From the NCBI GenBank assembly GCA_032430995.1, contig GCA_032430995.1_3952.1: a stretch of 64,000 nt of DNA. One strand, 5' to 3'. Below the pieces are notes generated by a model. The model did no database searches and was not told the DNA's origin. It saw only the letters and a program-made list of their open reading frames with translations. A program made the position numbers and the translations under genes. This DNA comes from a phage. How positions within the stretch are numbered: position 1 is the first letter of the stretch; the number at the start of each line of letters is the position of its first letter. Below are positions 27,272 through 36,495 of this stretch, piece by piece.

Positions 27272-27413
27272 AATAGTTAGCAGATTACTTAGACGGCCTT
27301 AGCGGGTCTTCCTGTAGGGAGGTGGTCTGTATCTCATGTTTTCCAGAACATGTAAATAATCTGAGAAGGAGCTTGACAGTGTTGAGATAACAGGGTAAGC
27401 TTCGAATTATAAT

Positions 27414-27496
27414 ATGGGACGATGTTAAGACTCTAAGGCATGAGCAACGGCCTCCAAAACCGTTTCAAAGGGGTTCAACTCCTCCGTCCCATGCCA
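27414..27496 (+). tRNA. tRNA-like gene, possible Trp (anticodon CCA), atypical D region
   Basis: acceptor ATGGGAC/GTCCCAT; loop CTCCAAA; D region about 6 nt longer than canonical. Confidence 0.35.
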
Positions 27497-27509
27497 AAGT
27501 CTTATTAGG

Positions 27510-27597
27510 GGTAGGTAGCGGCTAATGGTAGCCAAACTGTCTTGAAAACAGTTGCCACTGTAGAGATACGGTGAGGGTTCGACTCCTTTACTTACCG
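27510..27597 (+). tRNA. tRNA-Ser (anticodon TGA), class II
   Basis: anticodon stem ACTGT/ACAGT, loop CTTGAAA; long variable arm; no CCA encoded. Confidence 0.65.
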
Positions 27598-27853
27598 CCT
27601 AATAAGATTTACTCCGTCCATGCTTGTTCGCATTGTCGGTTTATCCCTCGTGTATTGTCGTACACTGTCAAAGCACCTAGTAGGTGTCACGGAGAAGAGA
27701 TAATATCAAGCTCTCCAAAGGTTCTAGTCACCGGATTAAACAAGACTATGCAAAGACCTATTTAGGTCTTTTTAGAGGGCTTCTAAGGTTATTAGTCGCT
27801 TGTTGTGGAACCTTGTTGCTTAGGTTCTTAGAAGTTCTCTAAAAAGATTTAAT

Positions 27854-27931
27854 GGGAGATTGACGGTAATTGGTAAACCTACCATCCTTAGAAGTTGGTG
27901 TTTGAGGGTTCGAATCCCTTGTCTCCTACCA
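27854..27931 (+). tRNA. tRNA-like gene, anticodon uncertain (best fold gives TAG)
   Basis: acceptor GGGAGAT/GTCTCCT; T-arm GAGGG-TTCGAAT-CCCTT; anticodon stem has a mismatch. Confidence 0.4.
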
Positions 27932-27938
27932 AATTAAT

Positions 27939-28014
27939 GCAGGTGTAGCAAAATGGTTATGCGGCTGACTCTTAATCAGTAAGACGATGGGTTCAATTCC
28001 CTCCACCTGTACCA
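27939..28014 (+). tRNA. tRNA-Lys (anticodon CTT)
   Basis: anticodon stem GCTGA/TCAGT, loop CTCTTAA; T-arm similar to Lys(TTT) copy. Confidence 0.5.
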
Positions 28015-28020
28015 AACATT

Positions 28021-28096
28021 GGGGATGTAGTTTACATGGTTAAAACATAAGTTTTGCAAACTTAAGTACAGGGTTCAATTCCCTGCTTCTCCACCA
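28021..28096 (+). tRNA. tRNA-Ala (anticodon TGC)
   Basis: D-stem GTTT/AAAC; anticodon stem TAAGT/ACTTA, loop TTTGCAA. Confidence 0.6.
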
Positions 28097-28102
28097 ATTA
28101 GT

Positions 28103-28177
28103 GCATCCATAGTTTAAACGGGAAAATTACAGTCTTCCAAACTGAGGTTGAGGGTTCGATTCCCTCTGGATGCTCCA
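28103..28177 (+). tRNA. tRNA-Gly (anticodon TCC)
   Basis: acceptor GCATCCA/TGGATGC; loop CTTCCAA; T-arm GAGGG-TTCGATT-CCCTC. Confidence 0.65.
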
Positions 28178-28183
28178 AACAAT

Positions 28184-28260
28184 GCTGCTTTCGTATAATT
28201 GGCTATTACACATCCCTTGTAAGGATGGAAATGCAGGTTCGAGTCCTGTGAGCAGCACCA
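28184..28260 (+). tRNA. tRNA-Thr (anticodon TGT)
   Basis: anticodon stem CATCC/GGATG, loop CTTGTAA. Confidence 0.7.
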
Positions 28261-28356
28261 ATTCAGAGGTCAAGTGAAAGACCGCTTTGAGTCAACTGAA
28301 GACCGTAACAAATACCACGGAGTTGAGTTAGCGGCACAACTTCAGACCTCTTTCAT

Positions 28357-28431
28357 ACTCGCTTAGTTTATATGGTAAAACATCACCCTTACAAGATGAA
28401 GAAAAAGGTTCAAGTCCTTTAGTGAGTACCA
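28357..28431 (+). tRNA. tRNA-Val (anticodon TAC)
   Basis: T-arm AAAGG-TTCAAGT-CCTTT; loop CTTACAA. Confidence 0.6.
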
Positions 28432-28432
28432 T

Positions 28433-28510
28433 GTTCCAGTATCCCAATTGGCAGAGGATGCAAGCTCAAACCTTGTATTAGTGACGGTTCGAATCCGTCT
28501 TGGAACACCA
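28433..28510 (+). tRNA. tRNA with CAA anticodon (Leu-reading), short variable arm
   Basis: anticodon stem GCAAG/CTTGT, loop CTCAAAC; T-arm GACGG-TTCGAAT-CCGTC; 75 nt. Confidence 0.5.
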
Positions 28511-28515
28511 ATTTT

Positions 28516-28591
28516 GCAGGATTAGTTCAAATGGAAAGAGCAACAGTCTACGAAGCTGTTAATAGGGGTTCGAATCCCTTATCCTGCGCCA
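28516..28591 (+). tRNA. tRNA-Arg (anticodon ACG)
   Basis: perfect acceptor GCAGGAT/ATCCTGC; loop CTACGAA. Confidence 0.75.
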
Positions 28592-28608
28592 GATAAAAAG
28601 GTGATACT

Positions 28609-28851
28609 ATGCAAACATTAACAGTAGTTGAACATGAAAACTGTGAGAGTATTGAGTTTGTCAGGGTCATTGGTGTTGAACACCACATTTTCTTAAAAGT
28701 GGGATACTTATGCGACCCCGCTAGAGTAGAAAGATTTATACGTGATTGTTTTGGTGGTAGACATCTGAAGAGTGTTATTTTTGAGACAGTTTTACCAGAA
28801 GGTTTAGAAACGAATAATAACATTTACCTCCTTACGAGGATTAGACAATGA
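28609..28851 (+). CDS. hypothetical protein embedded in tRNA array
   Basis: 80-aa ORF with AAAGGTGA RBS. Confidence 0.5.
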   Translation: MQTLTVVEHENCESIEFVRVIGVEHHIFLKVGYLCDPARVERFIRDCFGGRHLKSVIFETVLPEGLETNNNIYLLTRIRQ

Positions 28852-29405
28852 GATACTTAAAGTATGCTTCATGGATTTTCTTAGCTTTGTTAGAGCCATT
28901 TGCAGCAATCTTAGCAGTTATCTTAGCACCTTTTGTAGTTCCATTCTACAGTGAGAAGAAAGGACACTTACCTTTCGGGTTCAGATGGATGGAGACATAT
29001 GACAACCCAATTGATGGTGATGAAGGTCACGTTAAAAGATGGGCTAATATTAGATGGGTTGGTAAACTAGGTGTCTACATGCAAAGAGTCGGATGGCTCT
29101 GGAGAAACAAAGCTTATAACTTCTCTTACCATGTATTAGGAAGAGATGTAAGAGATGTTACTAAGTGGAAAGGTAATATCAACGTAAGTTCTAACCCTGA
29201 AGATAATCAGACTGGTTATCTCCTAATGTGGAACAGTAATGCTTGGGGATTATTCGCTTTTATCCCATCAATTAAAGTCTTCGGTAAACAGTTTTACTGG
29301 AGAATTTATGTTGGATGGAAACTTAAAAGTGTTGTCCCAGAAGAAAGAGCATTCTCAAGGGAAAGAGTTATGTTGGCATTCTTTATTCATCCACTGAGAA
29401 AGTAA
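28848..29405 (+). CDS. hypothetical membrane protein (Trp-rich) embedded in tRNA array
   Basis: 185 aa; N-terminal hydrophobic helix; ATGA start/stop overlap. Confidence 0.5.
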   Translation: MRYLKYASWIFLALLEPFAAILAVILAPFVVPFYSEKKGHLPFGFRWMETYDNPIDGDEGHVKRWANIRWVGKLGVYMQRVGWLWRNKAYNFSYHVLGRDVRDVTKWKGNINVSSNPEDNQTGYLLMWNSNAWGLFAFIPSIKVFGKQFYWRIYVGWKLKSVVPEERAFSRERVMLAFFIHPLRK

Positions 29406-29413
29406 AGATTTAA

Positions 29414-29489
29414 AGGGGATTAGTTTACAAGGTTAAAACCTCGGTCTTTGAAATCGAAGAAGTTGGTTCAATTCCAACATCCCCCGCCA
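29414..29489 (+). tRNA. tRNA-Gln (anticodon TTG)
   Basis: loop CTTTGAA; unpaired 1:72 (A:C); T-arm GTTGG-TTCAATT-CCAAC. Confidence 0.6.
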
Positions 29490-29491
29490 AT

Positions 29492-29570
29492 GCTCCATTA
29501 CTCCAATTGGCAGAGAGGCCAGACTTAAAATCTGTGTTATGTATCGGTTCGAATCCGATATGGAGTACCA
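29492..29570 (+). tRNA. tRNA with TAA anticodon (Leu-reading), short variable arm
   Basis: loop CTTAAAA; D-arm homologous to the 28433 tRNA. Confidence 0.5.
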
Positions 29571-29575
29571 AATTT

Positions 29576-29651
29576 AGCGGTATAGCATAACTGGCAATGC
29601 AGCAGTCTCTGAAGCTGTCCTATTAAGGTTCAAATCCTTATGCCGCTGCCA
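29576..29651 (+). tRNA. tRNA-Gln (anticodon CTG)
   Basis: acceptor AGCGGTA/TGCCGCT; D-stem GCA/TGC; loop CTCTGAA. Confidence 0.5.
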
Positions 29652-29682
29652 CTTCTAAGGATTCTTACGAGAGTCCTTAAAT

Positions 29683-29758
29683 GTGGCCTTATCATAAATG
29701 GTAATGACCCATGCTGTGAACATGGTCTATACGGGTTCAAATCCCGTAGGTCACCCCA
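29683..29758 (+). tRNA. tRNA-His (anticodon GTG)
   Basis: anticodon stem CCATG/CATGG, loop CTGTGAA; discriminator C; no encoded G-1. Confidence 0.7.
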
Positions 29759-29763
29759 ATTTA

Positions 29764-29840
29764 TAGTCCAAGTAGCTTATATGGTTAAAGCGCGTGTCTG
29801 AAAAACATGAGAAGAGGGTTCAAATCCCACTGGACTACCA
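29764..29840 (+). tRNA. tRNA-Phe (anticodon GAA), boundaries uncertain
   Basis: anticodon stem CGTGT/ACATG, loop CTGAAAA; acceptor register ambiguous. Confidence 0.5.
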
Positions 29841-29856
29841 ATTTCAAAGGTGCTTA

Positions 29857-30591
29857 ATGAAAGAGATGACAGAACAAGGTAAGGAGATTTTCAATCTCTT
29901 AAAAACCGGTAAAGGGTTTTCTAACCCCCTTATTACTGGTGCAGCAGTTCTCGGTGGAACCGTAGCTGCCTCTACATCACTTGTAAGCTCTATTAGCTCT
30001 GTATCAGACCCTACAGTAAAGGATAAGCTTGTTGCTGCTGGACTTACAACAGTTCTGCTTAACAGCTTTACCACGAGTCTGACAAGCACTACATCAACCA
30101 CCAAAACACTAACAGATTACGGTCAAAAGTCCATTGATGAGTTTTCATCACGTATGCAGGTAGCAAAAGGTTACTCTAATGTTATGGGTGCAGCAGGTGA
30201 ACAAGTTGGCTGTACACCATTTAGTGGTATTATGGGTGTTGCTACAGAGTATGGTCAAAAAGCTATTGATACGATTAACAGTGCACTAGACGGTGTTAAT
30301 GGTGTGTTAAGTGACTTACAAGACGCTATTGACAAAGGTCTTGATACTATTTCTGATTTAGCTAACCAAGCTGTTAGTAAGATTAATGAAGGTATCTCAA
30401 AGATTACAGCTTATGCAGATGAAGTTGTGCAGATGATTGAAGAAGAAGCTGCTCTTATTGCAGAGTACCTTAAAACGAATATCAATGGGTTCTTAGCAGG
30501 TATCTTACCAGACTGGTTTGATGATGCTTGTAAAACTGGTGTAATTGACACTATTGCAACACCAGAAATGAAGAGCGCATTACAGAAATAA
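29857..30591 (+). CDS. hypothetical Ser/Thr-rich protein
   Basis: track ORF 29794..30591 trimmed to ATG 29857 (MKEMTEQ) because the 5' extension overlaps tRNA-Phe. Confidence 0.5.
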   Translation: MKEMTEQGKEIFNLLKTGKGFSNPLITGAAVLGGTVAASTSLVSSISSVSDPTVKDKLVAAGLTTVLLNSFTTSLTSTTSTTKTLTDYGQKSIDEFSSRMQVAKGYSNVMGAAGEQVGCTPFSGIMGVATEYGQKAIDTINSALDGVNGVLSDLQDAIDKGLDTISDLANQAVSKINEGISKITAYADEVVQMIEEEAALIAEYLKTNINGFLAGILPDWFDDACKTGVIDTIATPEMKSALQK

Positions 30592-30592
30592 T

Positions 30593-30685
30593 GGAAGATT
30601 AACCCTAAAAGGTAAGGGAGCAGTTTGCTAAACTGCCAGTAGCTGAGAAATCGGTGTACCAGTTCAAGTCTGGTATCTTCCTCCA
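30593..30685 (+). tRNA. tRNA-Ser (anticodon GCT), class II
   Basis: perfect acceptor GGAAGAT/ATCTTCC; anticodon stem GCAGT/ACTGC, loop TTGCTAA; long variable arm. Confidence 0.7.
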
Positions 30686-30689
30686 ATTT

Positions 30690-30765
30690 GAATCCGTGAC
30701 AGAAATGGCTATGTACCTGTCTGCAAAACAGGTTTATAAGGGTTCGAGTCCCTTCGGATTCTCCA
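30690..30765 (+). tRNA. tRNA-Cys (anticodon GCA)
   Basis: perfect acceptor GAATCCG/CGGATTC; anticodon stem CCTGT/ACAGG, loop CTGCAAA. Confidence 0.75.
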
Positions 30766-30802
30766 AGTTATTTTACTCTCTCTCAATTAAAATAATAATA
30801 AT

Positions 30803-30862
30803 GCCCTGCTATAAGTATTCTTCCTTTCGCTACCGAAGAGTATTTTTAGACAGGGCTTTTTT
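30803..30862 (+). terminator. structured terminator closing the tRNA array
   Basis: GCCCTG ... CAGGGC stem followed by T6. Confidence 0.5.
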
Positions 30863-30987
30863 ACAGAGTTATACTTTATAAGAAGACTTATACAGTATGT
30901 CTCTGACGTACATTGTGGTTTCTCCTTGACGGTCTCTGTACCGTCTTTTTTAAGGGGAAACATGGTTAAATATTTGGAGAAAACATA

Positions 30988-31188
30988 ATGAGCGAGACCG
31001 TTTATAAAGAACTTTATGAAGCTAATAAGAAGCTAGAATTTATGCAGAATACTATCATGGCAATTGCAGACAGATTATCTGTAGCAACAGGTATTGATAT
31101 TAAAGAAGCGTCTATGGATGCACTTCTTGATGCTGTTGATGCAAAGTTCGAAGTTAAGAAAGAAGAGACTGCTACAGACTCTGAATAA
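30988..31188 (+). CDS. hypothetical small acidic protein upstream of terminase
   Basis: 66-aa ORF. Confidence 0.45.
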   Translation: MSETVYKELYEANKKLEFMQNTIMAIADRLSVATGIDIKEASMDALLDAVDAKFEVKKEETATDSE

Positions 31189-31209
31189 TTCTATTTGCGG
31201 AGGTGCTTA

Positions 31210-32811
31210 ATGGACTTAAATGCTGTTAAGCAGAAGCGAGTGGAAGATGTTAGGAAAGTCCTAGCTGGAGAGTTGGGGCTTTCTGATGAAGTAAAAGAAA
31301 TTATCAAATCATTCGGTAAAGACCCCTCTAAATTCCTTCCAACTCAAATTCTGACTTTATTAAGATACACCCCAGACCAAGTTAGACTTATCTTCAAATT
31401 GATGACTGATAAGAACTATGTAGCCCCTCAGCCGGGTTCTCAAGAGGTCTTTTTAAATACTAATGCTGACTTGGTTCTCTATGGTGGTGCTGCGGGTGCT
31501 GGTAAGACTGCTGCATTGTTAATGGACTCTTTAAGGTTTATTGATGACCCTAATTATAATGCTGTATATTTCCGTCGAAATACAACACAGCTACAAGGTG
31601 GTTTGTGGCCTGCTGCAAAGAAACTATTTGGTAAGTTTGGTGGGGTTCCTCACGAGCAGAAGATGACTATCACATTCCCTTCTGGGGCAACTATCAAGTT
31701 TACCTATCTAGAGCTTGAAAAGCACGCTGAAGGTCATCAGGGTATTGAGTATTCAGCTATTTACTTTGACGAAGGTACTCACTTCTCTGCTTCACAGATT
31801 TCATACCTACAGACTCGTCTACGTTCTGGGGCTGAAGGTGATTCATACATGAAGATTTCTATGAACCCAGACAGAGACCACTTTATTTACGATTGGGTAG
31901 AACCATTCTTAGATGAAGAAGGTTACCCAGACCCTGAAAAGTGTGGTCGTATTCGTTGGTATGTAATGAATGATGGTGTTATGGTTTCTGATTGGGAGAG
32001 AGACAAGATTCTTGAAATGTTTCCTCTTGAGATTCCTCAAACATATACATTCATCTCTGGTACGATTGATGATAACCCAATTCTTGACTTCTTAGAACCT
32101 AAATATCGTGGTAAGTTGGAAAACAACACCCCTGTAAACGTTGCAAGACTTCGTTTCGGTAACTGGAAGGCTCGTGCAGAAGGTTCAAACTATTGGCAAA
32201 GACAATGGTGTGAAATTGTTGATTCACTCCCAGAAGATGTATTCGATGTCAGAGCATGGGACTTAGCAGCAACTTTACCATCTGAGATTAACCCTAACCC
32301 AGACTGGACAGCAGGTGTTAAGATGGGTAAATCTAAAAAAGACGGTTGCTATTATATCATTGATGTAGTAAGATTTAGAGATAGACCCTCTGGAGTCGAA
32401 ACACAAATTAATTTGACTGCTGAAAGTGACGGTAAGCGAACTGGTATTTTTATCCCTCAAGACCCAGGCGCTGCTGGTAAATCCTACGCAACATCCCTCA
32501 TCAGGAAACTTGCCGAGAAAGGTTATCGAGCAAGAGCTAAACCAACAAATAAAGACAAAGTTACCCGATTTGCGGGGTTTTCTGCTGCTTCTGAAGCTGG
32601 ACTTGTAAAAGTCTTGAGAGGTAGTTGGAACGAAGCTTACTTTCAAGAACTTGAAGGTTTTTGTGGTGATGGTAAAACTAAAGATGACCAAGTGGATGCT
32701 ACCAGTGATGCTTTCAACAGTCTTAACGAAGTTAAATTATTCAAGCCACCATCAATGGGTGCTCACACAGACTTAGTGAGAGGAAACCCATATGAGGGGC
32801 TTAGACGTTGA
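31210..32811 (+). CDS. terminase large subunit
   Basis: Walker A-like LYGGAAGAGKT; start set at ATG 31210 after GGAGG RBS. Confidence 0.75.
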   Translation: MDLNAVKQKRVEDVRKVLAGELGLSDEVKEIIKSFGKDPSKFLPTQILTLLRYTPDQVRLIFKLMTDKNYVAPQPGSQEVFLNTNADLVLYGGAAGAGKTAALLMDSLRFIDDPNYNAVYFRRNTTQLQGGLWPAAKKLFGKFGGVPHEQKMTITFPSGATIKFTYLELEKHAEGHQGIEYSAIYFDEGTHFSASQISYLQTRLRSGAEGDSYMKISMNPDRDHFIYDWVEPFLDEEGYPDPEKCGRIRWYVMNDGVMVSDWERDKILEMFPLEIPQTYTFISGTIDDNPILDFLEPKYRGKLENNTPVNVARLRFGNWKARAEGSNYWQRQWCEIVDSLPEDVFDVRAWDLAATLPSEINPNPDWTAGVKMGKSKKDGCYYIIDVVRFRDRPSGVETQINLTAESDGKRTGIFIPQDPGAAGKSYATSLIRKLAEKGYRARAKPTNKDKVTRFAGFSAASEAGLVKVLRGSWNEAYFQELEGFCGDGKTKDDQVDATSDAFNSLNEVKLFKPPSMGAHTDLVRGNPYEGLRR

Positions 32812-32827
32812 TAGCTAGGTGAGAAGA

Positions 32828-34294
32828 ATGGCAGATATTACAGAAACACAAGAAAGCTTACCACCATTTAGAATGGGTGAAGTAGGTTCTTTGGGTCTGA
32901 AGGTTAAGAATGGAAGAATCTATGAAGAACCTCGTCAGGCACTAAGGTTCCCTGAAAGTATTAAAACTTTCCAATTAATGATGCGTGACCCTGCTGTAGC
33001 AGCATCTGTAAATATTATTAAGATGTTTGTCAGAAAAGTCAACTGGAGATTCGTACCTCCAAAGGGAAAAGAGCAAGACCCTAAAATGCTTGAAAGAGCA
33101 GACTTCTTTAATTCTTTAATGGATGACATGGAGCATGATTGGGCAGATTTTATTAATTCTGTAATGTCATTCTGCACTTATGGGTTCTGTGTTAACGAGA
33201 AAGTTTATAAGAAGCGTCAGGGTAAAAAAGGAAAGTACCAGTCTAAATTTGATGATGGTCTAATTGGATGGGCTAAATTACCAATCAGAAACCAATCAAC
33301 ACTTGATAAGTGGTATTTTGACGAAGACTTTAGAAAAGTTACAGGTGTTAGGCAGAATCTGAGAAATGTTTCACATATTGCTGGAGCAATTAATCTCGGA
33401 GAAAGACCACTAACAAGAAAACTTCCACGAGCTAAATTCATGCTGTTCAAGTATGACGATGAATATGGAAATCCAGAAGGTCGTTCACCATTACTTAATG
33501 CTTATGTACCGTGGAAGTATAAAGTACAGATTGAAGAGTATGAAGCTGTTGGTGTTTCAAGAGACTTGGTAGGTATGCCAAAGATTGGTTTACCACCAGA
33601 TTATCTGGATGAAAATGCAGAACCTGAAAAGAAAGCTTTCGTACAATACTGCAAAACTGTTGTCAACGATATGATTGCTAATGACAGAGCAGGTTTAATC
33701 TGGCCTAGATATATCGACCCAGATACTAAAGAGGATATTTTCGAGTTCTCATTAGTTTCTAGACAGGGTGCTAAAGCATACGATACAGGTTCTATTATTG
33801 ACAGATACTCCAAGCAGATTATGATGGCATTTATGTCAGATGTTCTTGCTATGGGTCAGTCAAAATACGGTTCATTCTCTCTTGCAGATTCTAAGACAAG
33901 CTTATTAGCGATGTCAGTAGATATTCTGCTCAAGCAAATTAAGAACGTAATTAACCGTGACTTAGTTGCACAGACTTATGCTCTTAATATGTGGGATGAT
34001 GAAGAACATGTACAAATCACATATGATGATATCGAAACTCCAGACCTTGAAGCAATTGGTTCTTATATTCAGAAGACTGTTGCAGTAGGTGCTTTGGAAG
34101 TTGACAAAGAACTATCTAACAAGCTTAGAGAGCATATTGGTCTTCCTCCTGCTGATGAGTCTCAGCCAGTATCTGAAAAGCTTTCTCCAAATAGCCAAAG
34201 CCGTTCAGGAGATGGTTATAAGACCGCTGGAGAAGGTACTGCAAAGACACCTTCAGCGAAAGACCCAAGCACAGCAAATAAGGCAAATAAATAA
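32828..34294 (+). CDS. portal protein
   Basis: about 490 aa directly after terminase; start set at ATG 32828 (MADIT); call by position and size. Confidence 0.55.
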   Translation: MADITETQESLPPFRMGEVGSLGLKVKNGRIYEEPRQALRFPESIKTFQLMMRDPAVAASVNIIKMFVRKVNWRFVPPKGKEQDPKMLERADFFNSLMDDMEHDWADFINSVMSFCTYGFCVNEKVYKKRQGKKGKYQSKFDDGLIGWAKLPIRNQSTLDKWYFDEDFRKVTGVRQNLRNVSHIAGAINLGERPLTRKLPRAKFMLFKYDDEYGNPEGRSPLLNAYVPWKYKVQIEEYEAVGVSRDLVGMPKIGLPPDYLDENAEPEKKAFVQYCKTVVNDMIANDRAGLIWPRYIDPDTKEDIFEFSLVSRQGAKAYDTGSIIDRYSKQIMMAFMSDVLAMGQSKYGSFSLADSKTSLLAMSVDILLKQIKNVINRDLVAQTYALNMWDDEEHVQITYDDIETPDLEAIGSYIQKTVAVGALEVDKELSNKLREHIGLPPADESQPVSEKLSPNSQSRSGDGYKTAGEGTAKTPSAKDPSTANKANK

Positions 34295-34794
34295 TGGCTG
34301 AAGTTATCTCTATTTCAAATGCTACACGAGTGCATTCGTATAGAGGTGTTCTTATTATCACTGACAAATTATCTGTAGAGGTTGGCTCAAGGGTCAGCCT
34401 TTCAGGTTATGTAAGTGATGGTGAAACCTCTGACGTTTTCACTATTTGCAGGTTACTTGATGCTCCAATGAGTGGGAAACCGTTTATTTCAGGAAATTGT
34501 AGTGAAATTGTTAAAATTCCATTTGACAGTTCATGCCTTTTGGGTGTAAAGTTATATAACTGCGAGAATAAACGTATCAATGTTAATAGCATTGAAGCCG
34601 CTTTCATTACCCTCGACACTGCATTTCAATCTCCAATGACAGTTAATAAAGAAACAAACAGACTTGAATACATTTTTTCACAAAATGATTACAAAGTACT
34701 TGTCAAAGGTAAAGTATATGATATGATTGTAAATGTGGTAGATGAATCTGGTAACCATTCAACAGTCCTTAAACAAAAAGTAAGGTTTAATTAA
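34294..34794 (+). CDS. hypothetical head-module protein
   Basis: 166-aa ORF, ATGA overlap with portal stop. Confidence 0.45.
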   Translation: MAEVISISNATRVHSYRGVLIITDKLSVEVGSRVSLSGYVSDGETSDVFTICRLLDAPMSGKPFISGNCSEIVKIPFDSSCLLGVKLYNCENKRINVNSIEAAFITLDTAFQSPMTVNKETNRLEYIFSQNDYKVLVKGKVYDMIVNVVDESGNHSTVLKQKVRFN

Positions 34795-35126
34795 TGGGAA
34801 CATTAACTATTGATGGTAAGAATAAAATCCTCGCCACGCTAACCCCAACGACTATTATTTTACACAATGTAGACCCAACGGCAGACCCTACAGCAAATAA
34901 GGTTACTCAGCCAGTGGCTATTTATTTTTCTGAACCGGATAACGGCTTAATTGCCTCAGAAGACACAGTTAATATTACTGTTCCAGCTTCTGCAACGGTC
35001 TCACACTATAGCTTGTGGGATGCTAACGATAAATGCGTGGCAACTGGTGCTCTTAGCAAACCTCAATTCTTTGCTGAAGAAGGTATTTATGTTATCTCTT
35101 CAGTCTCTGTAGATTTAAACAAATAG
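34794..35126 (+). CDS. hypothetical head-module protein
   Basis: 110-aa ORF. Confidence 0.45.
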   Translation: MGTLTIDGKNKILATLTPTTIILHNVDPTADPTANKVTQPVAIYFSEPDNGLIASEDTVNITVPASATVSHYSLWDANDKCVATGALSKPQFFAEEGIYVISSVSVDLNK

Positions 35127-35137
35127 GGTGAGTAAAA

Positions 35138-36484
35138 ATGAGTTCGAATATCTTCAGACTTGCTGATAGATTATTCAACCAACCTTTACTAGCCACTGAA
35201 TCATTAGCTCACTCAGCAGCAACTTATGTGAATAACAGATTGCTGGGTGATGTCCAAGCAGCAGTAAACTTTGATAAACCCAAAGGTGACGCAAGAAGTC
35301 TTTTAAAAGTAAAAGATGACATTGCTATTATCCCTATTATGGGTGGTTTAACTCATCGTATGACGTTCATTGATGCAATGTGTACAGGTGGATTAAGCTC
35401 TTATGAGGGTTTACGTAGAGGCTTTGACGAAGCTTTAGCAGATGAGTCAATCAAGACTATTGTTCTGCATATTGATTCTGGTGGTGGTGAAGCTTCAGGT
35501 TGCTTTGAATTAGCACGTCACATCATGGCTTCAAGAGGCCAAAAGAAAATTATTGCTTATGTAGATGAGTTCGCTTGTTCCGCTGCATATGCTCTTGCAT
35601 CTTCTGCTGAAGAAATTATTGCATCACCAGATGCAGATGTTGGTTCTATTGGTGTAATCATGGTTCATCAGGAATTAACTAAGGCATTTGAAAAGAATGG
35701 CGTAACAATTAACGTCATCAAAGCTGGTGAGTTTAAAGGTATGGGTTCACCATTCCAAGCACTCTCAGAAGAAAGCAAAGAAAGACTTCAAAAGAGAATT
35801 AATGATACCTACGCAACCTTTACAGGTTTTGTAGCTGAAGCTCGTAATATCTCTGAAGAAGCTGTAAAGAATACTGAGGCGAATGTTTATTCTGCTCAGG
35901 AAGCTCTTGAACTTGGTTTAATTAACTCAATCATGTCTCAAGATGATTTCTTAAATTACTTACAAGGTTCTGAAGAGGCTCCTGTAAGTTTAAACGTTAA
36001 CAATTCAGGTGAAGAAATGACTGAACAAGAAAAGCAAGAACTAGAAGCTTTGCGTCTTCAGGTTGCTCAAATGAAAGCTAAAGAACAGGAAGCTGCTTTG
36101 TCAGATTTGACTAATAAGATTTCTGCTTCTGCTGAAGCTTTTGGATTTGATGCAAAAGAAGCTGCAACGACTATTTTAGGTGCTGGTCTTGATAACCCTC
36201 TGAGTGTTCTGTTTATGAATGCTATGGAAGGTGCTAACCAGAAACTTAATGAAACTATCGCGTCCCATGCTTCTGCAATGGAAGAAAAAGAATCAGAAAT
36301 TACCAAGCTGAAAGAAACTGCTGGTGCTGTTCTTGAACATTCCAACGCTATGGAAGAAGTGGGTAATGACGGCGAAGCTGATTTAGTTGAAGAAGAAAAA
36401 GAACCAGCTAAGAATGCTTCCGAAGACACCGCTGAACAACGCAAACTGGCTCTCCAGAATGCTCTAAAATCTCTTATCAAATAA
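35138..36484 (+). CDS. prohead protease (S49/ClpP-like) with C-terminal scaffold-like coiled coil
   Basis: IVLHIDSGGGEASG ... FACSAAYALAS resembles S49 peptidase core; C-terminus Glu/Lys/Ala-rich. Confidence 0.55.
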   Translation: MSSNIFRLADRLFNQPLLATESLAHSAATYVNNRLLGDVQAAVNFDKPKGDARSLLKVKDDIAIIPIMGGLTHRMTFIDAMCTGGLSSYEGLRRGFDEALADESIKTIVLHIDSGGGEASGCFELARHIMASRGQKKIIAYVDEFACSAAYALASSAEEIIASPDADVGSIGVIMVHQELTKAFEKNGVTINVIKAGEFKGMGSPFQALSEESKERLQKRINDTYATFTGFVAEARNISEEAVKNTEANVYSAQEALELGLINSIMSQDDFLNYLQGSEEAPVSLNVNNSGEEMTEQEKQELEALRLQVAQMKAKEQEAALSDLTNKISASAEAFGFDAKEAATTILGAGLDNPLSVLFMNAMEGANQKLNETIASHASAMEEKESEITKLKETAGAVLEHSNAMEEVGNDGEADLVEEEKEPAKNASEDTAEQRKLALQNALKSLIK

Positions 36485-36495
36485 GGAACACAATA

